A DNA stretch of 64,000 nt. Origin: Bacillota bacterium. GTDB lineage: Bacteria > Bacillota > Sulfobacillia > Fermentithermobacillales > Fermentithermobacillaceae. The notes beneath the pieces were generated by a model. It was not told where the DNA came from and ran no database searches. It saw only the letters and a program-made list of their open reading frames with translations. Of this stretch, positions 7,985-16,863 are shown piece by piece (position 1 is the first letter of the stretch; the number at the start of each line of letters is the position of its first letter). The DNA lies in NCBI GenBank assembly GCA_040767525.1, contig JAXGOJ010000003.1:303-64302 (forward strand), given 5' to 3'. The translations under genes were made by a program, and so were the position numbers.

Positions 7985-10075
7985 TCAGATAGGGGGTAGC
8001 AAGAGATTAAGGGCAAAACCAGTACCAAGAGAAATCATTAGAGCCATGGCAAAAATAGCGGCCAGGGTTTTCCATCCAAATTCTTTGGCCACGAGAAAGG
8101 ATACAGGAAGGCAGGGCATAGAAAGGGATATCATTGATGCTGCGATAGTTGCCTCCCGTGGCCCTAACGGCAAGTTTAGCAAAACCATGAGTGCTGCATA
8201 TCTTTGGACAACTGTGACTGCAACTGCAGCAAGGGATTGTCCGCTTATCCCGAGAAATCTGGTGCTAATTGGATCCAGTCTTGCCAGGCCGGATAAAGCT
8301 CTTGTGTTAAGCAGAATTTTCACTCCGATGCCTGTTATCATCAGTACCGGGAGTACTTGATTGAAGAATCCTTCAAAACGCATCCAGACTTCGCTCCAGC
8401 TCCCCTTGCAGATGGGAAACGAACAGGCGGAATCTCCAGCATTAATTCCCGCAATCTTCTCTCAGGTATTGTGCCACTAATGCGGGCAATTAAGAAGAAA
8501 ACCACTAAAATTGAGCCGTATACAATCTTCGGAGTTTGCACCAAAGTGTTTTCCTACTCCTGCTATTATGCCAAGAGTGGCTGCGCAGGGTATGGGAATT
8601 GCTAAAAGGGCGGATACAATAAGCCGGGACGATCTGCCGGGCAGAGTCCTGGTGGCCAGTATTCCGGGAGCCCTGCATCCAAAACCAAGCACAATAGGTA
8701 TTACCGACTGTCCGGGCAGATTCAAAAAGGACATAAGTCTGTCCATCATTACAGCGATCCTTGGCATCAGCCCCGAATCTTCAAGGAGAGCCATGATGAA
8801 GTATATTGAAAGCATTGTAGGCATTACTACTTCAAAGGGCAGTAGTATGCCTTCTGGGATAGCCGAAATTATGATCTCGGCCAGGCTGCCCTGGGGAAAA
8901 GAGCGTGCATAGGATTCTGTAAGGCTAAAAAGGGGTTCTAACGCCCATGGGACAAAGATTTCTGCAAAATCAAGAATGACGAAAATCAGCCTGAATGAGA
9001 GAAAAGCTATCAACGCCAAAGCCGGGATGCCCGTTAGCGGTTGATCAAGAAGCTTTTCAATCCGGGCTCTGGTTGAAACAGAGTCTGGAATTGTGTGTTT
9101 AATAACAGCCAGTGCAACTTCCTGGGCTCTCTGAGTTCTTTCCAGACATGTAGGAAGATATGGGTGAGAATCGTCCTGTGCCGGGCAAAACCAGCATCCT
9201 CGAAAACACTCGTCACACTCTACCTGCCCATTTGCAGCGCGTAACTGGATTTCTTCAACCAGGTCAGACAATTCGGGATAGGTTTTGAAAATATCTTCAT
9301 CCAAAGAATCATGCTCCATGAGGTGAATGGCAAGGGTCCGGGATGGGTGCAGTCTGTGTTTGCCATTGTCTGTCGGTATCAATTCTTCAATGTACTTTTG
9401 GAGTATTCGTACAACTTCTTCTACGGGTTCAGAAAAAACCATTGGAGTAATTTTGGCGTTAATGCCGGTCTCAGTCAAAATACGCATTTTTCCGTCTGTT
9501 CCTGTGGAAAAGCAATGTGCAGCTTTCGTAATGGCTGCCTGAAGTTTCTCCAGTCCTTTACCTTTTGACGCCACCATTGGAACAACGTAAAGTCCGGTAA
9601 TATCGGAAAGGGATGCTGCATCAATCGCAATTCCTGATTCTTCTGCCATATCCATTTGGTTCAGAACCAGGATCATAGGAATGTTCAAATCCATGATTTG
9701 CAGGGTTAGGTAAAGGTTCCTCGAGAGGTTTCGTGCATCGACAACGTTTACAATCAGGTCAATGCTTTCTTCAAGCAAAACCCTCTGGGTGACCTTTTGC
9801 TCCTCTGTGTCTGAATGCAGGCTGTAGGTTCCCGGGGTATCAATGACCCTTATCTTTCGGGACTGATTCAGGAAATACCCCTGGGTAATCTCCACAGTGG
9901 TTCCTGAGTAATTTGATACTACCGCTCCGGCTCCGGTAAGGAGGTTCATGACAACACTTTTTCCCACATTGGGTTGGCCCACAAGTGCAACTGTAAACTC
10001 GCGGGCTAAAGGATCGGTTGCAGCATGGCCCGGGGGTTTGGAGATTGATTCATTGAATTTTCTGCGTATTGCCAC
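7985..10075 (-). pseudogene. feoB: Ferrous iron transporter FeoB, broken by two frame changes in the C-terminal membrane domain
   Basis: G-domain motifs VALVGQPNVGKS, DTPG and NQMD lie in the 532-aa ORF (8477..10075). The conserved LMLEIPPVRFPS segment is only in a second frame (ORF 8341..8544). The last ~130 aa are in a third frame (ORF 7985..8383). Confidence 0.7.
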
Positions 10076-10120
10076 AATATTTCACCTCATTCCATATGGA
10101 AATGAATAATAATATCGAAG

Positions 10121-10138
10121 TGTTAGTTATAACTAACA
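10121..10138. promoter_or_regulatory. Perfect 18-bp palindrome TGTTAGTTATAACTAACA, candidate DtxR/IdeR-family operator in the feoB promoter
   Basis: Palindrome read directly. It lies 46-63 bp upstream of the feoB start, in the divergent intergenic region shared with a DtxR-family gene. Half-sites resemble the IdeR/DtxR TTAGGTTAG-type box. Confidence 0.55.
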
Positions 10139-10418
10139 ACATTATATACGTATGTTTGTAATAATGGAAGAAGGGAAAGAGGAAATTTACCCTTGGTTTT
10201 GAGTTACGCATAAAGCCTGAGAGGCAGTATGTGGCTCGTCCATTCCGGTATAGAATTGAATGATCACCGAATAATAAAAGACGGGAAGTTAGTAATTGTG
10301 ACAAGGCAGGGAACCCATGGGATATGCGGCGAAGTTTAAGGTATGGGTTGACCTGAATCCTCAAAGACTTGCATGCAGGCCTTTTGAGATTTGGATTGCA
10401 AAAGGAGCCGGTTAGCCA

Positions 10419-10832
10419 ATGACTTCAGACTTGTCTTCATCCATAGAAGATTATCTTGAGACAATACTGTTGCTTTCAGAAAGGGATCAAGCTGTCAGAG
10501 TGACTGATATTGCCGAGAAGCTCAATATAGCAAAGCCAAGCGTTACTGCTGCCGTGAATACACTTAAGGAAAAAGGCCTGGTGACACAGGAGCGTTACGG
10601 TAGAGTCTTTCTTACTTCACATGGGCGTGCCCATGCACTTCAAATTAAGAAGCGACACAGGATACTTCGTGCTTTCCTTATTGAAATTCTCGGAGTAAGC
10701 GAAGAGACCGCCGAAAAAGATGCATGTCTTATGGAGCATGTTATCAGTCCTGAGACCATGCAAAGGCTTATAGGATTCTTAGAAGACTCTGTGGCTAACA
10801 AAGGCAATTGCTCAAGGGCCGAAGAAGCATGA
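10419..10832 (+). CDS. DtxR/MntR/IdeR-family metal-dependent transcriptional repressor
   Basis: 137 aa. IEDYLETILLLSERDQAVRVTDIAEKLNIAKPSVTAAVNTLKEKGLV is the typical wHTH of this family, and a dimerisation/metal-site region follows. Confidence 0.85.
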   Translation: MTSDLSSSIEDYLETILLLSERDQAVRVTDIAEKLNIAKPSVTAAVNTLKEKGLVTQERYGRVFLTSHGRAHALQIKKRHRILRAFLIEILGVSEETAEKDACLMEHVISPETMQRLIGFLEDSVANKGNCSRAEEA

Positions 10833-10898
10833 TTGACTTCTTAGAGGAAGAGTCTTTCTGTAATGAGGTCAGGATTTAAGTATCTGTGAAAGGGGGAT

Positions 10899-11918
10899 TT
10901 GGCGATGACTTTGCCCAGGATAGCTACACTGATTCCTACGTTGATTGCAGGGGTGGTTTGGGTTATTACTCTGGCTTTGGCTATTTCGCGAAAAGACTAT
11001 CCGGTTGCTCTGTTTCACGGAGGACTGGGGGCTTTGGTATTTGTACTGTCGGCTTTGTTTCCGGTTGTGGGAGCCATAGGTTCTTTGGTGCTCATTATTA
11101 TCATGTTAGCTTCTTACCGGATAGTGCGCGAATACGCAAGGGGTGTTGCTTTCAGGCTGGGTAGAATACGCAGTCTACTGGAACCCGGCGTCACTGTGAT
11201 AATGCCCTTTGGAATAGACCAGGTGAGGATTGTTGATGTAAGGACCTTTACAATCGATGTTCCAAAACAGGAGGTTATAACGAAAGATAATGTTCCGGTG
11301 ATTGTAGATGCGGTTGTATATTTCAATGTATTTGATCCGGTCCTGGCAGTCACCAGGGTGGCAGACTATGTTGAAAGCACAAGCTTGCTCGGACAGACTA
11401 CCCTCAGGTCAATACTCGGACAGCACGAATTGGATGATCTTTTAAGCAAAAGAGATGAACTTAACCAGGTTCTCCGAGAAATCCTTGATCATGCCACTGA
11501 TCCCTGGGGGATCAAGGTTACTATGGTGGAAGTGAAATCCATTGAGCTACCTGATGCCATGAAGCGAGCCATGGCCCGGCAGGCTGAGGCTGAAAGGGAG
11601 AGACGTGCTAAGATCATTGCGTCAGAAGGTGAGCTCCAGGCTTCGCAAAAACTGGCGGAAGCAGCCCAGGTCATGGCATACCAGCCTATTTCGGTCCAAC
11701 TCAGGTTTTTGCAGACCCTATCTGAGATTGCAACTGAGCAGAATTCCACTATCGTGTTTCCCATCCCTATAGAACTTTTGCATATCTTTGAAGCATCAGC
11801 CCGCAAAAAGAGTAAGAAAACCGGCAGGTATTATTGGAACCACGGAGAATTGATAAGGCTGTGCAGAATTTGCAGGGGTTTTGTGGGAGATTTCCTCAGC
11901 TCTTTGCGATGTTACTAA
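10899..11918 (+). CDS. SPFH/band-7 (stomatin/prohibitin-like) membrane protein
   Basis: N-terminal TM helices are followed by REYARGVAFRLGR...KDNVPVIVDAVVYF...AMARQAEAERERRAKII, which is diagnostic of the SPFH domain. The start may be ATG 10905 instead of TTG 10899. Confidence 0.85.
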   Translation: MAMTLPRIATLIPTLIAGVVWVITLALAISRKDYPVALFHGGLGALVFVLSALFPVVGAIGSLVLIIIMLASYRIVREYARGVAFRLGRIRSLLEPGVTVIMPFGIDQVRIVDVRTFTIDVPKQEVITKDNVPVIVDAVVYFNVFDPVLAVTRVADYVESTSLLGQTTLRSILGQHELDDLLSKRDELNQVLREILDHATDPWGIKVTMVEVKSIELPDAMKRAMARQAEAERERRAKIIASEGELQASQKLAEAAQVMAYQPISVQLRFLQTLSEIATEQNSTIVFPIPIELLHIFEASARKKSKKTGRYYWNHGELIRLCRICRGFVGDFLSSLRCY

Positions 11919-12053
11919 GAGAACGTGTAGAATTTCACGGTCTGGTGAGGCATGGGTTGTGGGGCCTGCTCAAAAGTTTTTGCCGGCTTGTGGTCAGATG
12001 ATATTTGTGAGGCTTTTGTTTTTGAAGGTTTTTTGGTAAGGAGGAGCATTTCA

Positions 12054-12377
12054 ATGATCGCGACAACGACGCCTTCTGTTGACGGCTACCATGTAAGTCA
12101 GTACCTGGGGATCGTAGCCGGCGAGGTGGCTCTGGGGACCGACTTTGTACGGGATTTCATGGCAGGGTTGGCAGATTTTTTTGGTTCTAGGACAGCGGCC
12201 TATGAGGAGAAACTGATTGAAGCAAGGGAATTGTGTGTTTCTGAGATGACTTCCAGGGCCAGGCAGTTGGGTGCCAACGCAGTTGTTGGGATCAGAGTTG
12301 ACCACGAAATCCTGCAAAACGGAATGATGCTTGTGATATCTACCGGTACTGCTGTGAAACTGGTTCCAAACACCTAG
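12054..12377 (+). CDS. YbjQ/UPF0145-family protein
   Basis: ATG at 12054 is preceded by AGGAGG. The 107-aa product TTTPSVDGYHVSQYLGIVAGEVALGT...GANAVVGIRVDHE matches the YbjQ family. The listed 141-aa ORF over-extends upstream. Confidence 0.8.
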   Translation: MIATTTPSVDGYHVSQYLGIVAGEVALGTDFVRDFMAGLADFFGSRTAAYEEKLIEARELCVSEMTSRARQLGANAVVGIRVDHEILQNGMMLVISTGTAVKLVPNT

Positions 12378-12470
12378 AGCCTGGTAAGAACCCAATTAGT
12401 TTCGGTTCATGGGAAAGTGATTCCCGGCCCAAACACGTAGAGGTTTGGCAAGAACCGGGCCTTTCTTTGA

Positions 12471-12495
12471 GTTAGGCCTGTGAAACAGGCCTAAC
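12471..12495. other. Perfect 10-bp-stem hairpin GTTAGGCCTG-tgaaa-CAGGCCTAAC
   Basis: Read directly, downstream of the ybjQ-like gene. No U-tract follows on either strand, so its terminator function is uncertain. Confidence 0.4.
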
Positions 12496-12503
12496 TGCCG
12501 GAG

Positions 12504-12740
12504 TTGGTGTTGGTGACAGTAATGCTCGCAGGGAATAGCCTGGTCTTGTTTGGAGTTGCATCGATGGGAGGGACTGACGTGGAGTCTATAGGGGCACTGG
12601 CAGGATTGTTGGCTCCGATTGCTTTTGTGTTCGCAATAAGTGCTTATACTCAAGTGAATGCACTGAAGAAAGAGATCGAGAGACTGAACACCGAAGTAAA
12701 GAATTTAAAAACCGAAATACACAATCACCCAATAGTGTGA
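12504..12740 (+). CDS. Hypothetical small membrane protein with C-terminal coiled-coil-like tail
   Basis: 78-aa ORF with two hydrophobic stretches followed by NALKKEIERLNTEVKNLKTEI. No family recognised. Confidence 0.35.
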   Translation: MVLVTVMLAGNSLVLFGVASMGGTDVESIGALAGLLAPIAFVFAISAYTQVNALKKEIERLNTEVKNLKTEIHNHPIV

Positions 12741-12744
12741 AAAG

Positions 12745-13599
12745 TCAGCTGTTGGAGTATTTCTTTGCCCTTCCGGCAAGCCGTTCTTCTATGGCCTGTC
12801 GGAAAGGTTCAAATTGGACCGGTGAGCCCTGGTAAGGAACCCCGTCAATATATAGATTCTCGTCGCCAAATTCAGCGGCATCGTTTCTTGTAAGGATTAT
12901 CAACTCTGATGTAACCACCTTATCGGAAATTCCCTTGGCCACGCTCAACCAGTGCCTCCAGCTTTGCATGAGCCAAGGGCACCTACCTGTGAGTACTGCA
13001 GTTACATGGGCCATCTCATTTGCGTTAAGTCTGTCAGAAATTTGGCTTGAGGGGAGGCCTGGGTGTCTGCGGCGCTGAGTGTCACTATGCCGGTACCTGC
13101 CGAAATGCTTTTCAAAGGACACGGCAGTCTCAGAACTCATCTTCAATAGAAGGAGGGTGGCGGGCCCGTTCGCTTCAGCAATCTCAAATCCAAACTTCTC
13201 AAAAAACGAGACAGGCATCCAGTTTTCATAGGTAACTACTGCAATTCCATTTGAGTCCCTGGCTATTTTCATCGCTTCATTCATAAAGTGTCTTGCGATT
13301 CCGGCGCCCTTGGCTTCTTCGAGCACCCACAGGCATCTGATTACCCAGAGGCCATCCCCCGAAAGGGCCATCGGGGCTGCATCAATAGGCATAATCTCCA
13401 TACGGCCAACAGGTTTTCCATCTTGGAAAGCACCAAAGGTTTTGACTCCTAACGTAGCGACATGCCGGTGGACCCTGGCACTCTCTTGTAGGAAGGCTGA
13501 ACAGTTGGAGCCAGGAACTGTGCACATGATGTTGATAGAGTCAATGTGCTCAGCAGATACCTCCCGTATTTCAATTCCTGGAAGAGGTCTTGGTTTCAT
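12745..13599 (-). CDS. GNAT-family N-acetyltransferase with an additional ~120-aa C-terminal domain
   Basis: ATG at 13599 follows a G-rich RBS. The acetyl-CoA-binding-like segment is WVLEEAKGAGIARHFMNEAMKIAR. The C-terminal part (CPW...LYIDGVPY) is unassigned. Confidence 0.6.
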   Translation of the reverse strand: MKPRPLPGIEIREVSAEHIDSINIMCTVPGSNCSAFLQESARVHRHVATLGVKTFGAFQDGKPVGRMEIMPIDAAPMALSGDGLWVIRCLWVLEEAKGAGIARHFMNEAMKIARDSNGIAVVTYENWMPVSFFEKFGFEIAEANGPATLLLLKMSSETAVSFEKHFGRYRHSDTQRRRHPGLPSSQISDRLNANEMAHVTAVLTGRCPWLMQSWRHWLSVAKGISDKVVTSELIILTRNDAAEFGDENLYIDGVPYQGSPVQFEPFRQAIEERLAGRAKKYSNS

Positions 13600-14090
13600 T
13601 TTGTTCCCCCCTATGATAAGAACGAGGTGAAGTTGGGCCGTTCTTGGCCAACCAGACAGGAAAGCAGTGTCTTCACGTACCCTGTCGCTGCCGGAATAGT
13701 TCTGCCTCAAACTCAGCGAAACCTTCTGCGGATGGCTGTTTTCGTTGATGGTGAGTTAATAGGCTAGCTGTAGAGTTCGTCAGTAGTCATCTAAAGACCT
13801 TGAAGAACGGTATGCTCTTGACTCTAAGGTGGAATTATCCTGAAGCTTGCCGAGCTACCCCAGAAATTGAGCCCCAAGAAGGATAACCACTATCTGTAAG
13901 AGAATAGGGCCAGTGAGTTCCTCGTAAGTTGTAACAGCATTGAGAAGTCTCCCCACAGCCAGAACCGTAAACTGAGGAGCATATGAAAGTGACGAGCACA
14001 GGAAGATTCGGAGGAGAAGTCAGGGTGTTAGGCTCATCACGGCCTAATTTCAAGACTCAAAGGTTACATTGGTGTAGGGGGAGCTGCTGA

Positions 14091-15551
14091 ATGCAGAGGC
14101 TAATTCACAAGTTAAGGTTATTGCTTCTCTTCTTGGTTTTCTCGGCAAGTGCAGCCCAGCTCCTGTTTCCGGGAAATGCCATTGCTTCAGGCGAATTTGA
14201 GACAGTGATGCTTGGTGACACCAAGGTACTGCTTCGCGAGTCAGATGAATATGGCGATGAGGCATCGGTATTTGCAATCATGTTGGCCGGGAACGGCCAT
14301 CAAAGAGAGGGTGAAACACACTGTGCTCACGTGGCTGAGCACATGGTTTTTAGAAACCCTACCGTTGGAGGAGTGTCTCTCGGTGATTGGGTTAGCAAGC
14401 CCGGCACCGGGACAGGAGGAGTTCAGACTCTTTACAATGGATGGACCGGCCCTGATCATACCCATTTTGAAATAACGGTTCCAGGAAGGCTGATTCCAGA
14501 AGCTTTGACACGCTTGGTGGCCGGTCTGTTTCCGGGTGGCATTGAGACTTCTGCCTATGAAACAGAGTTAGGTTCGCGTTTGAAGACTGAACTGGAGTAT
14601 ATGACCACAAACTCCATTGCTGCGCCATATCATCAGTTTAATACCTGTTTCTATCAGGGGACGCCGTACAGTCAGAAAACCTTCGAGGTACCTGTTATTG
14701 AGGTTGAATCAGCCAGGGTGCTCGAGTACATGAACCGCGAGTATTCTTCGAGCCGCCTTATAATTGTTCTGGTAGGAGACTTTGAAAAAGATGCTGTTCT
14801 AGATGCGCTGGAGGACGCTCTTGAAGGTGTTCCCACAGAACCAAATCCAGTTGTTCCAGATGTACGTCTAAACCCGGCGTCATTTACTTCGTTTAGATGT
14901 GCGGTGAAGCACCCGATTTACATGATTGGGGTTGGAGTAGATTCGATAGAAGGCGAAGATGCGCCCTTTGTTTCTGCCATAATGAGCATTGCCCTGGGCC
15001 GGTTATGGTCCCAGCCTCCTGATGGGTTTCGCATATCAGATTCTTTGTCTACTACGCTTGCCGAGGCTGCCGTTGAAGCAATGGTAGTTAGTTATGAAGC
15101 GACCAGAGGTATTGCTGAGAAGGAGCTGCAACCTAAGTCCGAAGATCTTGTCGGGGTTGTAAAGGCTGTTTTCGGTAATTTGCTGGCCGAAGGGCCGAGG
15201 GATGAAGAATTGGCAGGGCTACTGGAGGACGTCGTTGAACCGGACCCACCAGAGCACCTGCCTCGTACACTGTTTGAGGCGTGGTGGAGAGGACTCGACG
15301 AGATACCTGGAGTAGGAAAGTCCAAAGGAGGCTCACTTAGGGGCATGTCACACGAAGAACTGGCCGCTGCTCTTAAGGATGCTGCATCCAGATATACGGA
15401 ACGATTGCAGTATTCGGTGATGGTTGTTGAGCCTGGAAGTACACTTAGCCCAGTTTTCATCGCAGGAGCTGTATTGGCCGGTCTAGTACTTGGTGCGGTT
15501 TTTGTGCTTCGCCGGAGACGGGAGTCAGACAAAGAAGTTCCGGCTGGGTAG
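14091..15551 (+). CDS. M16 (pitrilysin/insulinase)-like zinc peptidase with signal peptide and C-terminal TM anchor
   Basis: Inverted zinc motif HVAEH within GETHCAHVAEHMVFRN. The N-terminal signal-like segment is LLLLFLVFSASAAQ. The C-terminal hydrophobic helix FIAGAVLAGLVLGAVFVL is followed by RRRRE. Confidence 0.6.
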   Translation: MQRLIHKLRLLLLFLVFSASAAQLLFPGNAIASGEFETVMLGDTKVLLRESDEYGDEASVFAIMLAGNGHQREGETHCAHVAEHMVFRNPTVGGVSLGDWVSKPGTGTGGVQTLYNGWTGPDHTHFEITVPGRLIPEALTRLVAGLFPGGIETSAYETELGSRLKTELEYMTTNSIAAPYHQFNTCFYQGTPYSQKTFEVPVIEVESARVLEYMNREYSSSRLIIVLVGDFEKDAVLDALEDALEGVPTEPNPVVPDVRLNPASFTSFRCAVKHPIYMIGVGVDSIEGEDAPFVSAIMSIALGRLWSQPPDGFRISDSLSTTLAEAAVEAMVVSYEATRGIAEKELQPKSEDLVGVVKAVFGNLLAEGPRDEELAGLLEDVVEPDPPEHLPRTLFEAWWRGLDEIPGVGKSKGGSLRGMSHEELAAALKDAASRYTERLQYSVMVVEPGSTLSPVFIAGAVLAGLVLGAVFVLRRRRESDKEVPAG

Positions 15552-15880
15552 GTTTCTGCTGGTCTGCCGACATGGGGCGCATAGACTGAGCTAGAGCAAG
15601 GTATGCAGCGCGCATTCTCTATACAGTGATTGACTGCGTTAGGATCGATGAATCCACGATTTGGTCCACGGCAATGACTCTCCGACACTGTGTGACGGAG
15701 TGCCTCCTATACAATGATACTGACGTCCCGATCGGAATCCCTGGATTGCTTCGGTGGTAGTACTTGTGGCGAGCTAACACCGGGCTAACATTGGTACAGA
15801 GGTTTGGCTGGGGAAGTGCTAAGGGGTAGTGGGATTCTTGAAATAGTGGCATATGGCTGTCCTATAGGAGGTGAGAGGCC

Positions 15881-16561
15881 GTGAAGGAACTGCTCGAAGA
15901 GCTTGTGAAAAACGGTATTCTGGAGGCGTTTGAAGACGAGAACGAGTTTCACCTGCCGTTTCTTCTGAGCGGTGTTGCCTTGGTGAGAAAGGGTGCTCTC
16001 TCTGCAGGCGCAGGTGTTCTTGGTTCAGTGAGCACCTGGGGAAAACCCGAGATTGACTTGCTGCGCAGCACGGTTGAGCCTACCAGGCTTCTAAACGTTG
16101 TAGCAGAGGATTTTCGGGGGTGTTTCGGTAAGTCAACTCATCAAGGCCCTGTCGGGTTGGCGTGGGGTGCTGTTTTGGGCGATCTGGTAAGTCGTGTGGA
16201 GAAGTTTCACGAGGAAGCCCCTGAGTTCATAACCAGAGTTGTAGGCCTGCGTTACGAAGAGAGGCTCGATAGAATCGAAAGCCTCAGGCCGGGGCAACCG
16301 GTGAGCCTTCTGTGGGAGCCGTTAAACCCGTATGATTCAAAGGCAATCAAGGTTTCGGATGCCCATGGGGAAGACCTTGGCTATCTTAGAAAGGGTGTTG
16401 CACACAAGCTGGTGGCAAGGATCAAGAAAGGCGCGGCATTATCTGCCAGGGTAGTAGTTGTTCTGGGTGAAGAGTTCGACGTCAACGACAGACTAAACAT
16501 AGAAGTCAAAGTATGGGATAACACCTGCACCCATGAATCAGCAGTTCAGGCAGTTTACTAG
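15881..16561 (+). CDS. HIRAN-domain protein with an uncharacterised ~115-aa N-terminal domain
   Basis: GTG start after GGAGGTGAG. The C-terminal half VVGLRYEERLDRIESLRPGQPVSLLWEPLNPYDSKAIKVSDAHGEDLGYLRKGVAHKLVARI fits the HIRAN pattern (VVG.rY...G..v.L.rEP.NpyD.nAI.V...G..lGYl....A). Confidence 0.6.
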   Translation: MKELLEELVKNGILEAFEDENEFHLPFLLSGVALVRKGALSAGAGVLGSVSTWGKPEIDLLRSTVEPTRLLNVVAEDFRGCFGKSTHQGPVGLAWGAVLGDLVSRVEKFHEEAPEFITRVVGLRYEERLDRIESLRPGQPVSLLWEPLNPYDSKAIKVSDAHGEDLGYLRKGVAHKLVARIKKGAALSARVVVVLGEEFDVNDRLNIEVKVWDNTCTHESAVQAVY

Positions 16562-16863
16562 AAGAGGGGATTCGTGGACGTCATAACACGTCTGGCCGAG
16601 TGGCGGACCTCCACTGTCACTTGGGTTTTCCACGTCCGATACGGATGCTGTCTTATTTTGGCCAAGCGTTGGGGTATCTGATTGGCTGCTTACTGCGCCC
16701 GGCATAGATGTTGTCTTGCACCGCACATTGACAAAACATCCCAGCAGACTATATCCTGTTGTCGGGGTTGGTGGCATTGAAGAGATCTGGTGCCACTGGA
16801 CCTTATCAGGGTGGAATCTGACCTTGGTTGTGAGAGCCAGTGAGTATTGGAGGAGGGTAAGCC

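Noticed and set aside
13835-14053. 72-aa minus-strand ORF in the GNAT/M16 intergenic region.
   Set aside because: It has no RBS, an implausible composition (Cys/Ser/Gly-rich without pattern) and no family resemblance.
15092-15688. Long antisense or shadow ORFs opposite real genes (e.g. 15092..15688-, 27622..28104-, 52741..53202-, 62900..63472-, 717..1130-).
   Set aside because: Each lies entirely opposite a well-supported gene. Their composition is low-complexity and Ser/Pro/Arg/Ala-rich, as expected of reverse frames, and they lack RBSs.
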